Made by a program: the position numbers and the translations under genes. 64,000 nt of DNA, taken from positions 1-64,000 of the IMG/VR virus record IMGVR_UViG_3300013121_000044; one strand, given 5' to 3'. The notes beneath the pieces are model-generated. The model saw nothing but the letters and a program-made list of their open reading frames with translations. It did no database searches and was not told where the DNA came from. This DNA comes from a virus. Its lineage: Duplodnaviria > Caudoviricetes. This document shows, piece after piece, positions 36,887 through 47,100 of the stretch (the stretch's first letter is position 1; each line of letters opens with the position of its first letter).

Positions 36887-38899
36887 ATGCGTATCACCGT
36901 CGAGTTTTTGAAGGGTAACACTCCCGTGTTCTGTCTGGACGCTTCGGAGAGTTCTTCTGCGCGGCGCGTATGGGGCGCCGTGTGGTCGGGCGAGCGCTGG
37001 CTCTTCCCCGCTTACCACCCTTTCGGTCTCTGGGCGGCAGCGGATCTTCGGAAGCTCCACCCCGAGGCGGACTGGGATTCGGAGGCCGTAAGGCACGTCG
37101 GTGCACTGGAAGGGGACCAGGAGGCGTGGCTTCGCGCGGAGGCCGCTTGGAGGGGACGCGGGGACCCCTTGACCGCCGGGGACAGCCGACTCCCTCCCAT
37201 TCCCGCCGATTTTTTCCCCCCCGACTTCACGCCCTTCCTGCACCAGCGCCTCGGCATGGCGCGCGTTCGGCTCTGGCCCCGGTCATGGTTTCTATGGGAG
37301 CAACGCACGGGGAAGACCCGAACGCTCATCGACGGTCTCCGACTCCTCGCCCTCGAAGGGAAGTTCACGAAAGCGCTCGTCCTCGGCCCTCCGGTCGTGC
37401 TTCCCGGTTGGGTCGCGGAGACGCGGCGAGCGTCGCGCGGGGCCTGGGAGGCTGTGATTTGGGACGGGACTCCGGAGACTGCCGAGCGGGCCCGCACGGC
37501 GCAGGTCGTTCTCGTGAGCTACGCCCGTGCTCGTCTCGCGGCGCAAGTGGAGGTGCCGCACCCCCAGCTCGGGTCGATGAAGGTATTCGCCCCGGAAGCG
37601 AGTCCTCTTCGGGAGCTCGGGTACGACGTGATCGTGGCGGATGAGTCGCACAACCTCGGAAACTGGAAGTCGGATCAAACGCGAGCGGCCGTGGAACTCT
37701 CGAAACTCGCGGCCCGGCGCTACTGCTTGACGGGCACGGCGGGGGATCAGCCCCTCAAGGTTTACGGGCAACTCTACTTCCTGGCGCCGGGGCTCGTCCC
37801 GATGAGCTGGGAGAGGTTCGAGGAAAAGCACGTGATTCGCTCGGAGCGAATGGCGCACATCGTCACGGGTTACCGTGCGCTCAACGAGATCAACGCGGTG
37901 GTCGATTCCGTGGCGACCCGGCTGAAGCGCGCCGAGTGTATGGACCTGCCGCCGCGCGTCACCATCGACGTTCCCTTCGATCTCGGACCTCGGCAGCGCT
38001 CGCGCTATAACGAGATGGTCGCGGAGATGCGTGCGTCGGTGACGCCTGCCCTGGAGTACCTCCACGCCAAGGACGCAAGCGGGCCCGTCGAGAGCGGGGC
38101 TGAAACTCTTTTCAATTTGCCGCACGGGGCGACGCGCGTGCAGAAACTCCTCCAGCTCCTCTCGGGCTTCATCCTTCTCGGGACGGAGGATTCGATCTGC
38201 GACGCTTGCCCCCGCATGGAGGCGTGCGTGGAGGAGCAGGTACGCCCCTACACGCGGAAGTGCGCCGTCGTGCAGAAGAAGCCGCCTCGTCGGGTACTCC
38301 GGGACGTGGAGAACCCCAAGCTCGAACTTTTCGAGGCGCTCCTCGCGGCGGTTCTGGAAGAGGACCCCACCAACAAGATGATCGTGTGGGGGTCCTTCGA
38401 CGAGGAGCTCGACGACCTGATGAAGGTGTGTGAGCGCCTCGGAGGTGCGCCCGTGCGCCTGGATGGCGACACCACGAAGCACATCGCCGACATCCGGGAG
38501 CGCTTCCAAGGAGACTCGACCTGTCGAACGCTCGTTGGGATGGTGACGGCGGGGATCGGCATCGACCTGTCCGCCGCGAACTACATGCTCTATTACAGCC
38601 TGCCGTGGCAGCCGTTGGTCTATTCCCAGGCGGAGGATCGGAACAACGGGCCGGGTCAAAAGCGCCCGATGACCGTCTACAGGCTCCTCACGTCCGCCGA
38701 GACGCCGGCCCTGGATCGTTTCATCGCGGGAGTTTTGAAGTTCAAGGGTCGCGTGGCATACACCATGCTGGAGCGGGTCGCCTGCGCTTCTTGTGAGCGT
38801 CAAGCGACGTGTGCCCTTGACGGAACCGTCCCGTTCCAGGAGAACTGCAAGTACGCCGCTGCGGTGGCGAGGCCCGTTACCAAGGTGCACCTCCTGTGA
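36887..38899 (+). CDS. SNF2-family (SF2) helicase
   Basis: EQRTGKT, DESH, LTGT, AGIGIDL, QAEDR. Confidence 0.85.
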   Translation: MRITVEFLKGNTPVFCLDASESSSARRVWGAVWSGERWLFPAYHPFGLWAAADLRKLHPEADWDSEAVRHVGALEGDQEAWLRAEAAWRGRGDPLTAGDSRLPPIPADFFPPDFTPFLHQRLGMARVRLWPRSWFLWEQRTGKTRTLIDGLRLLALEGKFTKALVLGPPVVLPGWVAETRRASRGAWEAVIWDGTPETAERARTAQVVLVSYARARLAAQVEVPHPQLGSMKVFAPEASPLRELGYDVIVADESHNLGNWKSDQTRAAVELSKLAARRYCLTGTAGDQPLKVYGQLYFLAPGLVPMSWERFEEKHVIRSERMAHIVTGYRALNEINAVVDSVATRLKRAECMDLPPRVTIDVPFDLGPRQRSRYNEMVAEMRASVTPALEYLHAKDASGPVESGAETLFNLPHGATRVQKLLQLLSGFILLGTEDSICDACPRMEACVEEQVRPYTRKCAVVQKKPPRRVLRDVENPKLELFEALLAAVLEEDPTNKMIVWGSFDEELDDLMKVCERLGGAPVRLDGDTTKHIADIRERFQGDSTCRTLVGMVTAGIGIDLSAANYMLYYSLPWQPLVYSQAEDRNNGPGQKRPMTVYRLLTSAETPALDRFIAGVLKFKGRVAYTMLERVACASCERQATCALDGTVPFQENCKYAAAVARPVTKVHLL

Positions 38900-39426
38900 A
38901 AGCTGTTCTCCAATACACCGCCGAAGATCTCCGCCGCCTCGTCGCGGAAAACGCGACCTCCCTGGGATACGCCGTATTGCCGGAGGAGGTGGACATGCCC
39001 GACGACATCACCGTCTCGGTGCAGTTCGAGGGCGTGCCTCGTCCACCCACGCCGGTACAGCTCGCGCAGACCGCTGGGGAGGCTCCGGAGGGCGCTACCC
39101 CAGGACCCCCGCGACCTCCCGCGAGCAAGATTCTCCCCTCGCAGGAGGGGGCCTGGACCTCGCAACCCGCTCGCGGCGGTGATCCGCGCTACGTCCCGAT
39201 CGAGCCCCCCACGTTCGCCCCTCGCGTACCGCGTGTTCGCGAGGTCGGGCAGGACACCGGCCTCGTTCGACGCGAGACGGGGACGGAGGACGGGCGCCCC
39301 CGAGGGTGGCTGCCCCCCTCGACGGAGCAAGACCCGGAGGCTCCGCCGGACGGGGCGGGCATCCCTGAGTTCGGCGAAACGGCGGATTTCCTCGACGAAT
39401 ACATCACTTCTCCGAGAGGGCGCTGA
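38896..39426 (+). CDS. Hypothetical protein
   Basis: GTGA overlap with the helicase stop. Confidence 0.6.
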   Translation: MKAVLQYTAEDLRRLVAENATSLGYAVLPEEVDMPDDITVSVQFEGVPRPPTPVQLAQTAGEAPEGATPGPPRPPASKILPSQEGAWTSQPARGGDPRYVPIEPPTFAPRVPRVREVGQDTGLVRRETGTEDGRPRGWLPPSTEQDPEAPPDGAGIPEFGETADFLDEYITSPRGR

Positions 39427-39427
39427 C

Positions 39428-39622
39428 GTGGAGAAGCACGGCGTCGTAACAAAAGAACCGACAACTGAGGTAGAAGCTCCCGCGTCCAGGACTTTACGCC
39501 GTACTGCCGACGTGGCAGAACCGGCGACGTGCCCAAGGTGCCAAGGACCTCTTCTTTCGCCCACCCCCGAGTGTTCGTCGACGCGGTGCGGGACCTGCGG
39601 GACCGCACCCTTCGAGCGGTAA
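39428..39622 (+). CDS. Small Zn-ribbon protein
   Basis: GTG at 39428; MEKHGV...CPRCQG...CGTCGTAPFE. Confidence 0.55.
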   Translation: MEKHGVVTKEPTTEVEAPASRTLRRTADVAEPATCPRCQGPLLSPTPECSSTRCGTCGTAPFER

Positions 39623-39990
39623 CTCGCGAGGAACATCTGTTTCACGACGCGCAGCGTCACAAGGCCATTGTGACGTACCTGTTCGTGGAACTGTGGACCG
39701 CGCCCGCCGACGAACAATCCGTGGCGCAACAGTTCTACGAGTGTTACCGCCACCTCGTGGAGGGGGGGAGGCTCGACGAGCTCCCCCTCCGAATCATCCC
39801 TCAGGCAGATGTCGTGCGCGCTCTCAGGCGGATCCTGCGCGGCGACGAACCACAGCTGGCCCGAATGACCAGCCAGGAGAACTCTCATGACGACGACGAC
39901 GACGAGCGAAGAGACGAAGGCGAAGGACCCCCCCGAGAAGGGCTCGAAGCAGGAGAAGAAGTCCGAATCCAAGTCCGGCGCGTCGGGTAA
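39529..39990 (+). CDS. Hypothetical protein (start uncertain, overlaps both neighbours)
   Basis: Only protein-like plus frame across 39622-39887. Confidence 0.4.
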   Translation: MPKVPRTSSFAHPRVFVDAVRDLRDRTLRAVTREEHLFHDAQRHKAIVTYLFVELWTAPADEQSVAQQFYECYRHLVEGGRLDELPLRIIPQADVVRALRRILRGDEPQLARMTSQENSHDDDDDERRDEGEGPPREGLEAGEEVRIQVRRVG

Positions 39991-41008
39991 GACCCTCGCC
40001 GGCTACGCGGCGGTGTTCCAGAACTGGGAACTGGTTCCGGTCGAGGACGGTCCCGTGGAGATCGACCCGGCGCGCCTCCTGGTGGTGTTCGACGTGCGCA
40101 CCACGCCGCAGCCGATCGACGACTTCCTCAAGTCGTGCGTGGGGGGCATCAACAGCCCCCCCAAGATCACGAAGATGAAGTACCTGGGCGAGGACGGCGA
40201 GGCCGCCGTCAGCTCCGATCCCAAGGCGCGGGTCGCGCTCAAGCGCGGCGCGATCTACCACGTGATCGTGTACGGCCGTCGTCGCGTTCGGGCGGCGGTG
40301 AAGCTCAGCTTCAAGACCATCAAGGCGGAGATCAAGGGGTACAAGACGTGGCAGGCCATGGTCCATGACGCCTACGTCGAGAACGACGCGCGCGCCGACA
40401 TGACGACGTGGGACAGGGCGTCCTACGTCAAGAACCTCCGTGACGCGGGCATGCTCCAGGACAAGATCGCCGAGGAGCTCAAGATGAGCTCGGCCTCCGT
40501 CTCCCAGTACCTCGGCGTCTTCGACCTCCCCCAGCCGATCCAGAAGATGATCGGCAACGGGGCTCTCAGCGTCACGGCCGTGAGGGTTTTGCGCCCGCTC
40601 AAGGAGTACAACCCCGACGAAGTGATCGCTCTGGCGCAGAGGGCGATCGACAAGGGCTGGACCGAGGACGAGCTCAAGGCCGCCGTGAACGACTTCACCG
40701 CGAGGAAGGAGGTGACGGGAGGCCCGTCGAAGAAGGGCGGCAAGAAGAAGGTCAGCCGCGTCGTGGACTACGACAAGGCCGAGGTCGCGTTCGTCGGCGT
40801 GTCGAAGATCCGGCCCGCGCTGAACTTCTACGCCACGCGCGTGAAGATCCTGCGGGCCAAGGAGGTCGACGACACGCCCGAGGCGCAGATCCGGCACGCG
40901 CGCAAGCTCGGCAAGGAGGAGGGCATCCTGGAAGGGCTCCTCCAGGCGTCGAAGATCCACGAGATCCCGGCGGCGGTGTTCGTCGCCGAGGACTCGGCCG
41001 AGGAGTAG
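39887..41008 (+). CDS. parB: ParB/Spo0J-family DNA-binding protein
   Basis: YHVIVYGRRRVRA (GxxRxxA), ENDAR and HTH QDKIAEELKMSSASVSQYL; AGGAG RBS. Confidence 0.82.
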   Translation: MTTTTTSEETKAKDPPEKGSKQEKKSESKSGASGKTLAGYAAVFQNWELVPVEDGPVEIDPARLLVVFDVRTTPQPIDDFLKSCVGGINSPPKITKMKYLGEDGEAAVSSDPKARVALKRGAIYHVIVYGRRRVRAAVKLSFKTIKAEIKGYKTWQAMVHDAYVENDARADMTTWDRASYVKNLRDAGMLQDKIAEELKMSSASVSQYLGVFDLPQPIQKMIGNGALSVTAVRVLRPLKEYNPDEVIALAQRAIDKGWTEDELKAAVNDFTARKEVTGGPSKKGGKKKVSRVVDYDKAEVAFVGVSKIRPALNFYATRVKILRAKEVDDTPEAQIRHARKLGKEEGILEGLLQASKIHEIPAAVFVAEDSAEE

Positions 41009-41012
41009 GGAC

Positions 41013-41801
41013 TCAGGTCGCCACAAGCTCGCTGCGCGCGTCGGGGTTCGCGGCGTGCCACTGTCGAATTTTTTCGATCGCACCGTCGCGAATGGCACGA
41101 AGTTCGGGGACCATGAAGATGGAGCCGTCCATGCCGTAGAGGATTTGCGCGGCGGCCTCTTCGTCGTGTGCGTTGCCGCGCAGTCCGAGCAGGAGGGTCA
41201 ATACGACCCGCTCGCGTCGATTGAGACCCGCCGCGTGAAGTTGCCCGAGTGCTGCGCGCCCTTTTGGCGTCGCGGATACTTCCACGTCATCGTCCGACGC
41301 GATCTGCACGTCCTCGATCGGAGTCATCACAGGATCCGGTGGCCCGTCACCCCGCAGCATCGTCTGCTTTCGCAGGTGGACCGAGATGTGGACGGTTCCC
41401 AGCCGGTGCAGAACTTCGTCCATCTTCACGTCCACCCAGTGCGCGGCGTAGGTGAGGAAGCGAACCGGTTTGTTCGTTTTCTTTGATCGGTAGTTCGGGT
41501 CGTACTTATCGACGGCGATCATGAGCCCCTCGTTACCTGCGCTGATGAGTTCGGGGAGGAGCTCCTTGTCGCGCGTCCGATCCCTTGCTTTGCCAATCAC
41601 AAAGCGGAGATAGCCTTCCGCGAGACGCCCTCCCAGGCGTGCCCGCTTCCTTTCGCTTTGAGCACGCACAACCGGGTCCGTCATGGTCTCCAGGGCGAGC
41701 TTCAACGCTCTGTATTCCACGAACCCGGCGCGCTCTTCTTCCTTCGTCGGCAGCGAAAGTTGTCCGACTTCCTCGAAATAGCGTGCGATTGTATCCCGCA
41801 T
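41013..41801 (-). CDS. Sigma70-family sigma factor
   Basis: Region 1.2 (RYFEEVGQLSLPTKEEE), region 2 (YLRFVIGKA...ELISAGNEGLMIAVDKYDP...RFLTYAAHWV) and a degenerate region 4 (LNRRERVVL). Confidence 0.85.
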   Translation of the reverse strand: MRDTIARYFEEVGQLSLPTKEEERAGFVEYRALKLALETMTDPVVRAQSERKRARLGGRLAEGYLRFVIGKARDRTRDKELLPELISAGNEGLMIAVDKYDPNYRSKKTNKPVRFLTYAAHWVDVKMDEVLHRLGTVHISVHLRKQTMLRGDGPPDPVMTPIEDVQIASDDDVEVSATPKGRAALGQLHAAGLNRRERVVLTLLLGLRGNAHDEEAAAQILYGMDGSIFMVPELRAIRDGAIEKIRQWHAANPDARSELVAT

Positions 41802-41866
41802 ACTCTCGGGATATACACTCTTTTCCCCGACATGTCGTCGGCGAGTCACGAGGCAACAGCAGCACT

Positions 41867-43150
41867 ATGAGCAACAAAAGCAAGGCCACGCAGTCCCCCG
41901 CCCCTTCGGTCCCGGCCGTCGCCGAGGCCCCCTCCGCGCCCGAACCCGCGCCCGTTTCTGTGACGGCACCCGCTGATGCGGCGCCTTCTCACGAAGGCGC
42001 GGCGTCGGAGCGCGCGGTGTCCGCCGTGCCCCCGGGCGCTCCGCCCGCCGTGCCGTCGACGGAGCTCGCTGCTCCGGCGTCTGCGACCACCGCCCTCGCG
42101 GTTCCGCTCCCCGACGTGATGAACCCCGACAAGCCGCTCGACGTGTACAAGCCGGGCGTGTTCGTCGAGCTCATCCAGCTCTTCCCGCTCGACGCGCGCT
42201 ACCTCCGCCAGATCCAGCCCGTCACCGACGAGGAGCTGAGCGAGGCCCTCAAGACGCTGCCGGAGGCCAAGCGCGGAGCCTTCCAGAAGGCCCTCGACCG
42301 GATGAACCCCGTCAAGATCGGCAGCCACTCGCGGCGGCGCGACGGACTCACGATCTTCGACGTGCGCATCAACCAGGGCACCGGCAACGATGAGACGCGG
42401 CCCAAAGGCACCCCGGAAGGCGGGCTCTACTCGACCGACAGTCGCATCCTCGCTACGGCGGACCGTGACCTCGCGGCGGCTCTCCACGCGCCGGAACTCT
42501 TCGACGCCTACGTGATCTTCGACCGCAAGGGGAACACCTACTGGCCCCCGCGCGACGACGAAGGCGGAGAGACTCGCAGCAACGCTCCCCTCTGCCGCTC
42601 TGTCGACGCGGAGAAGGGCGACGTGTTCGGCGCGTGCGACGCGTGCCCCAACCGCCCGTTCGTCAACGGCTCCAAGCCCGGCGACGACGAGTGCAGGGGG
42701 GAAGTCGTCCTGTACGTCGTCCCTGCTGACTTCAGTGGCATCTACCGCTTCGTGTTCAACGGGACGAACACGAAGGCGGGTCGCAGCCTCATCGCCAAGT
42801 TCGCCGCGTGGGGGGAGAAGTGGGATCATCCCTTCGCGTTCAAGACCCGAAAGGAGACCGACAAGAACGACTCGAAGCGCCGCTGGTTCGTCGTCGAGGC
42901 CGAACCGCAGCGCAGCGTCGTCCCGACCCCTGAGGAACGCGCCTTCCTCCTGCTCCTCGCGCGCAAGATCGACACCGAGGTGTTCTGGACCGAGCGTCGC
43001 CGCATCCACCTCGCGGCGTCCAAGGCGAAGCCCGTCACGCCCCCGCAGAAGGCCAACCTCGCGGGCCTCCTGGCCAGCTCCCAGGCCGCCACGCCCGCGC
43101 TCCCGGCGGCAGGTCCTCTGAAGGACCTCTCGAAGGGCAACAACCTGTAG
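41867..43150 (+). CDS. Hypothetical replication protein, possibly SSB-like
   Basis: CRSVD...GACDACP...C motif, aromatic beta-strands, position at the head of the replication operon. Confidence 0.5.
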   Translation: MSNKSKATQSPAPSVPAVAEAPSAPEPAPVSVTAPADAAPSHEGAASERAVSAVPPGAPPAVPSTELAAPASATTALAVPLPDVMNPDKPLDVYKPGVFVELIQLFPLDARYLRQIQPVTDEELSEALKTLPEAKRGAFQKALDRMNPVKIGSHSRRRDGLTIFDVRINQGTGNDETRPKGTPEGGLYSTDSRILATADRDLAAALHAPELFDAYVIFDRKGNTYWPPRDDEGGETRSNAPLCRSVDAEKGDVFGACDACPNRPFVNGSKPGDDECRGEVVLYVVPADFSGIYRFVFNGTNTKAGRSLIAKFAAWGEKWDHPFAFKTRKETDKNDSKRRWFVVEAEPQRSVVPTPEERAFLLLLARKIDTEVFWTERRRIHLAASKAKPVTPPQKANLAGLLASSQAATPALPAAGPLKDLSKGNNL

Positions 43151-43157
43151 CGTCGTC

Positions 43158-43213
43158 GGGGGAGGGGGGTGCGCCGTACGTCGTTCGCGGCGTACGGCGT
43201 ACTCCTCTCCCCC
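43158..43213 (+). other. 26-bp RNA hairpin with UUCG loop (intergenic)
   Basis: 43158-43183 pairs fully with 43188-43213, using four G-U pairs. Confidence 0.7.
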
Positions 43214-43241
43214 TCGCCGTTCCTTTGTCCGGGAGAACCAC

Positions 43242-44135
43242 ATGGCCTACGACGAGAGAGTTCTGAAGTACGCGCCCTGGTCGATCAGCAAGGCGAACCT
43301 CATGGGGCTGTGCCTCCGTCAGGGGGGTTTCAAGTACGTCGACAAGTTCAAGGAGGGGAAGAAGAGCACGCAGTCTCGGGTCGGTACGGTGGCGCATGCG
43401 GTGCTGGAGGCGGCGCGCAAGGTCACCTTCGACGTGGAGACGTTGACCGAAGAGGCGCGGCGGATTTGCGTCCGAGACGAGCTCTCGCACGACGAAACCG
43501 TCGAGATCCTCTCGAAGGTCCCCGGAATCCTCGACTACGTGCGTCGCGTCAACGCGTTCAAGGCGGAGCACGGCGTCGCGCGTGAGCTGATCGAGTATCA
43601 GCTCGCGATGGACGAGAACGGGAACGGTGTTCCCTTCTTCGACAAGCGCGCCTTCTTCCGAGGCGTGATCGACGACGGCCTCTGGACCTCCGACGACGTT
43701 CTCGTCATGATCGACCACAAGAGCGGCCGGAAGAAGCCGATCCGGGAGCACTCGACGCAGTTCTACGCGTACATGGGTTTGGCCGTCGCGAACTTCCCCG
43801 CGCTGCGCGGGGTCCAACCGGCCATCAACTACTTCGGAGAGCCGAAGCTCGACTGGTTCCCGCGCTTCGACGGTTCGGGGGGACCGTGGCGTCGCGAGGA
43901 GATCGTCCAACACGTTTTTCCCTGGCTGGAGACGTACCTCAACAAGCTCTCCAAGCGCCTCCTGGTGCTCGACACGGGCAGCCCGAATCCTGAGACGGGC
44001 TGGCAGTGCGAGTACTGCGGCTACGTCGACCGGTGCCCTGAAGGCACCGCACACGCGGCTGCACGCAAGGCGAAGCGCGGGGACGACCCCCTTCTCGCGC
44101 ATCTCCTCGCGGTTCTCCTCTCTCCCAACCTGTAA
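43242..44135 (+). CDS. PD-(D/E)XK RecB/AddB-like exonuclease
   Basis: WSISK..LC, GTVAHAVLE, RGVIDD, IDHKSG, QFYAY and CEYC....C (Fe-S-type Cys). Confidence 0.82.
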   Translation: MAYDERVLKYAPWSISKANLMGLCLRQGGFKYVDKFKEGKKSTQSRVGTVAHAVLEAARKVTFDVETLTEEARRICVRDELSHDETVEILSKVPGILDYVRRVNAFKAEHGVARELIEYQLAMDENGNGVPFFDKRAFFRGVIDDGLWTSDDVLVMIDHKSGRKKPIREHSTQFYAYMGLAVANFPALRGVQPAINYFGEPKLDWFPRFDGSGGPWRREEIVQHVFPWLETYLNKLSKRLLVLDTGSPNPETGWQCEYCGYVDRCPEGTAHAAARKAKRGDDPLLAHLLAVLLSPNL

Positions 44136-44148
44136 CCCCCGAGGAACC

Positions 44149-47100
44149 ATGGCACGAGGGAAGGGCTCCAACACCACCTCCGTCCGACATTCCGATGCGA
44201 TTGAGTTGATGCGGCGCTTGGACATGGGGCGCCTGCGTCAACTTATCACCCAGACCTTTCCCGCCACGAAAGTCACGCAGGTCTCTACGCAGATTCTGCA
44301 AATGAACTGCCTGACGCCCGGACACCCGGACGTTCACCCGTCGTTCTACATCGACTTGAAGCGAGGACGCGCGTTTTGCAAGTCGCCCGCGTGCGGGTAC
44401 AGCACGCGCAACCTCCTTCAACTCCTCCAAGACTGCCGGGGTTGGTCCTACGCAGAGGGCCTCGCGCAGGTTCAAGCGATCACCGGGACGCGCCTCGTCT
44501 CGGAGAAGCTCGACGCGGCGTACGAAGACCTCGACCAGCATCGCACCGCGATGAGCACGCTCGCGTGGGCCGTGAATACGTTCCTCGTGGGCATGATCGC
44601 ACCCCCGGACGGCGACGCCGCGTACGACCCGATCGCGCAACACGCCGCGAGCGGTGCCCTCGCGTGGCTTTTCGAGCACCGTGGGCACAAGAAGGACCTC
44701 GCCGCCTACTTCTCGTACGGCCTTTGGCCTCCGCTCCACCACCTCCTCGCCCTGTGCGAGAAGCGCCTCGGGGACATGGCGAGCGAGGAGTACCGCGCAG
44801 GCCACACAGCCCGGCTTTCCCCGGATCGTCGCGAGAAGATCCTGGAGCGCATTCGTCGACTCGCAGAGTCCGTCGGGACCGAGTGGGTCTACTCGGTGGC
44901 CTTCATTACCGGCCATGACTTCAACACCCCGGCGCGCATCCGACTGCGTCGCCCGGATGCCGAAGACCAGAAGCAAGGGAACATCTTCACCCTGGCAGGG
45001 CACGTACCGGACGAGCCGTACGGCTACTTCGGGCTTTATGCCCCGCACCTCGCAGGTCTCACGAAACGGGAGGCGCGGTCCCTGCGCGTCCTGGTGGTGG
45101 AGGGCGAACACGACGCGCTGTCCGTCGCCGAGGGTCTCCTCGCGGAGAGCGTGACCGCCTGGACAGTAATCGGCGCCTGCGGCGACGACGGGACCGCTTC
45201 GTCGAACGAAATCGACGCGCTCGCGGACGCGGGGATCGAGGTTGTCTACCTCCTTCACGATCACCCGGACCCCGAGCTCGGCAAAGGGGAGGGGTGGCTC
45301 CGGAAGAAACTCACGACCGCGCGGAAGGTTGACCCGCGCGTGTTCGTGCGCTGGCGCGAACTCCGGGCGGAGAACCAGCTCGCCAAGGACCCCGACGACG
45401 TGATCCGCCTCGCGGGGTTCCGTCACTTTCGCCGCGTGGTGCTCGACGACGACAAGAGCTTCGTCGCGAGCGACGAGTGGGCGATCGAACGTGCGATCGA
45501 GGAGGGGCGCGACCTCCCGGACGTGCGAGAGCGCACCGCGAAGGCGGCCAAGTACGGGGAGTGCCTCGCGCACCCCGAGAGGCTCGCGAACTTTCTCGAC
45601 AAGGTGGCGGGCCCTCTCGGGGTTGCGCCCGGCGTGGTGCGGTCACAGATCGTGCGCGGTCAGGACGACGAAGCCGGCTTCATCGGTCGGATCGCCGACA
45701 CGATCGTCCACGACCTCCACTTCCTCTACAAGGAGGACACCATCAAGGGGTCCATCGTCCACGCCTACCACAAGGACACGCAGCGCCCCGTGCGTTTCCA
45801 GGTGGATGACGGCCCCGGGATCCTCACCGCCCTCTCGAACGTCGTGGGGGACGTGCACGACTACTTCTCGCAGCGCGTGGGGCTCCCGGCGTGGCTCTCC
45901 GACGCGCGGGCGACGGAGGCCGGGTCGCCCGTCTTGCGAGAACTCCAGAAGCCGCTGGCGGACTACACCCGGATCGCGCTCCAGCGGCTCTTCCACGGCC
46001 TCCCGTCGCGGGAGGAGTGCGAGATCGTCGGGCTCGGCCCGCATCTTCGCGAAAACGCGGAGGCGCCGTACGGCGTACTCCAGTACATCAACAACGGCAA
46101 CCGCGTCATGCGCTGTCGGTTCTCGGACGCGGAGAAGCTCACGGCGGAGTACCTCCCGGGGCCGTCGGACGGGAAGATGCTCTTCACGCTGTCCCCGCAA
46201 CCCTTTCGCGGCCACTGCCGCACCCCGGAGGACATCGAGTGGGGTAACACGGTCACGATCGAGGATCTCGCAGGAGTGCTCCGCGATTTTACGGAGCTCT
46301 TCAACTGCTGGGCGTTTCGTCGTGGGAAGCTGGAGGCGGTCACCGCTGCCCTTTCGCTTTTTCACACCGCAGTTCCACACTTCTGTCCGGACAAGATCAT
46401 CTTCGGGTTGACCGGTCCCACCGGCTCGGGCAAGTCGAAGTTCATGGCCCTCTTCTGCGGGGGCCAACACCCGGACCTGTGCATGATCGACTGGGCGACC
46501 TACCAGTCGAACTACACCCCGGCGGGTCTCTACAACTTCTTCGACGGGTCGACGAACCTCATGGCGTTGGAGGAGTTCACGGCGGACGCGCTCCACCGGA
46601 TGAAGGCTCAACAGGTCGAAGACATCATGGAGCTCGTGCGGCAGGTCCCCTTCCCCGGGGGGGCCCAGGTTCGCCGCATGTATGGGGGCGTCTCGCGTGT
46701 CATGACTATTCACACGAATGTCATGGTCACCTCGGTCAACCCCCCTCGCGATATTCAGGACGCCAACCGCCGCCTGGAGATCGAAACCGTGAAGGTGGTT
46801 GGGCACAAGGACCCCGCCATTGAGATGTACCGGAAGTTCACGCCGGAGCGTCTCGCGTACATGCGCCGCGCGTTGAACCTCGGTCTTCTGAAGTTCTACG
46901 GGCGCTACCGCGCGCACTACAACCTCATCGCCCCGTGCTTGGCAACGGAGATGGCGGGGGAGCTCAAGGTCGAGTCGCGCTTCCTTCGGAGCCTCGCAGG
47001 ACCCGCCACGATGCTCGCCATGCTCGGCGGCGACTGGAAGAAGTTCGTCACCGAGTGCGTGGCCGCGCGGCGCGACACCCTCGACGCGTACGCGCATTCG

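Noticed and set aside
43242-44135. Cas4 / CRISPR adaptation gene
   Set aside because: It has Cas4-like Cys motifs, but there is no array or other cas gene, and the context is a replication operon.
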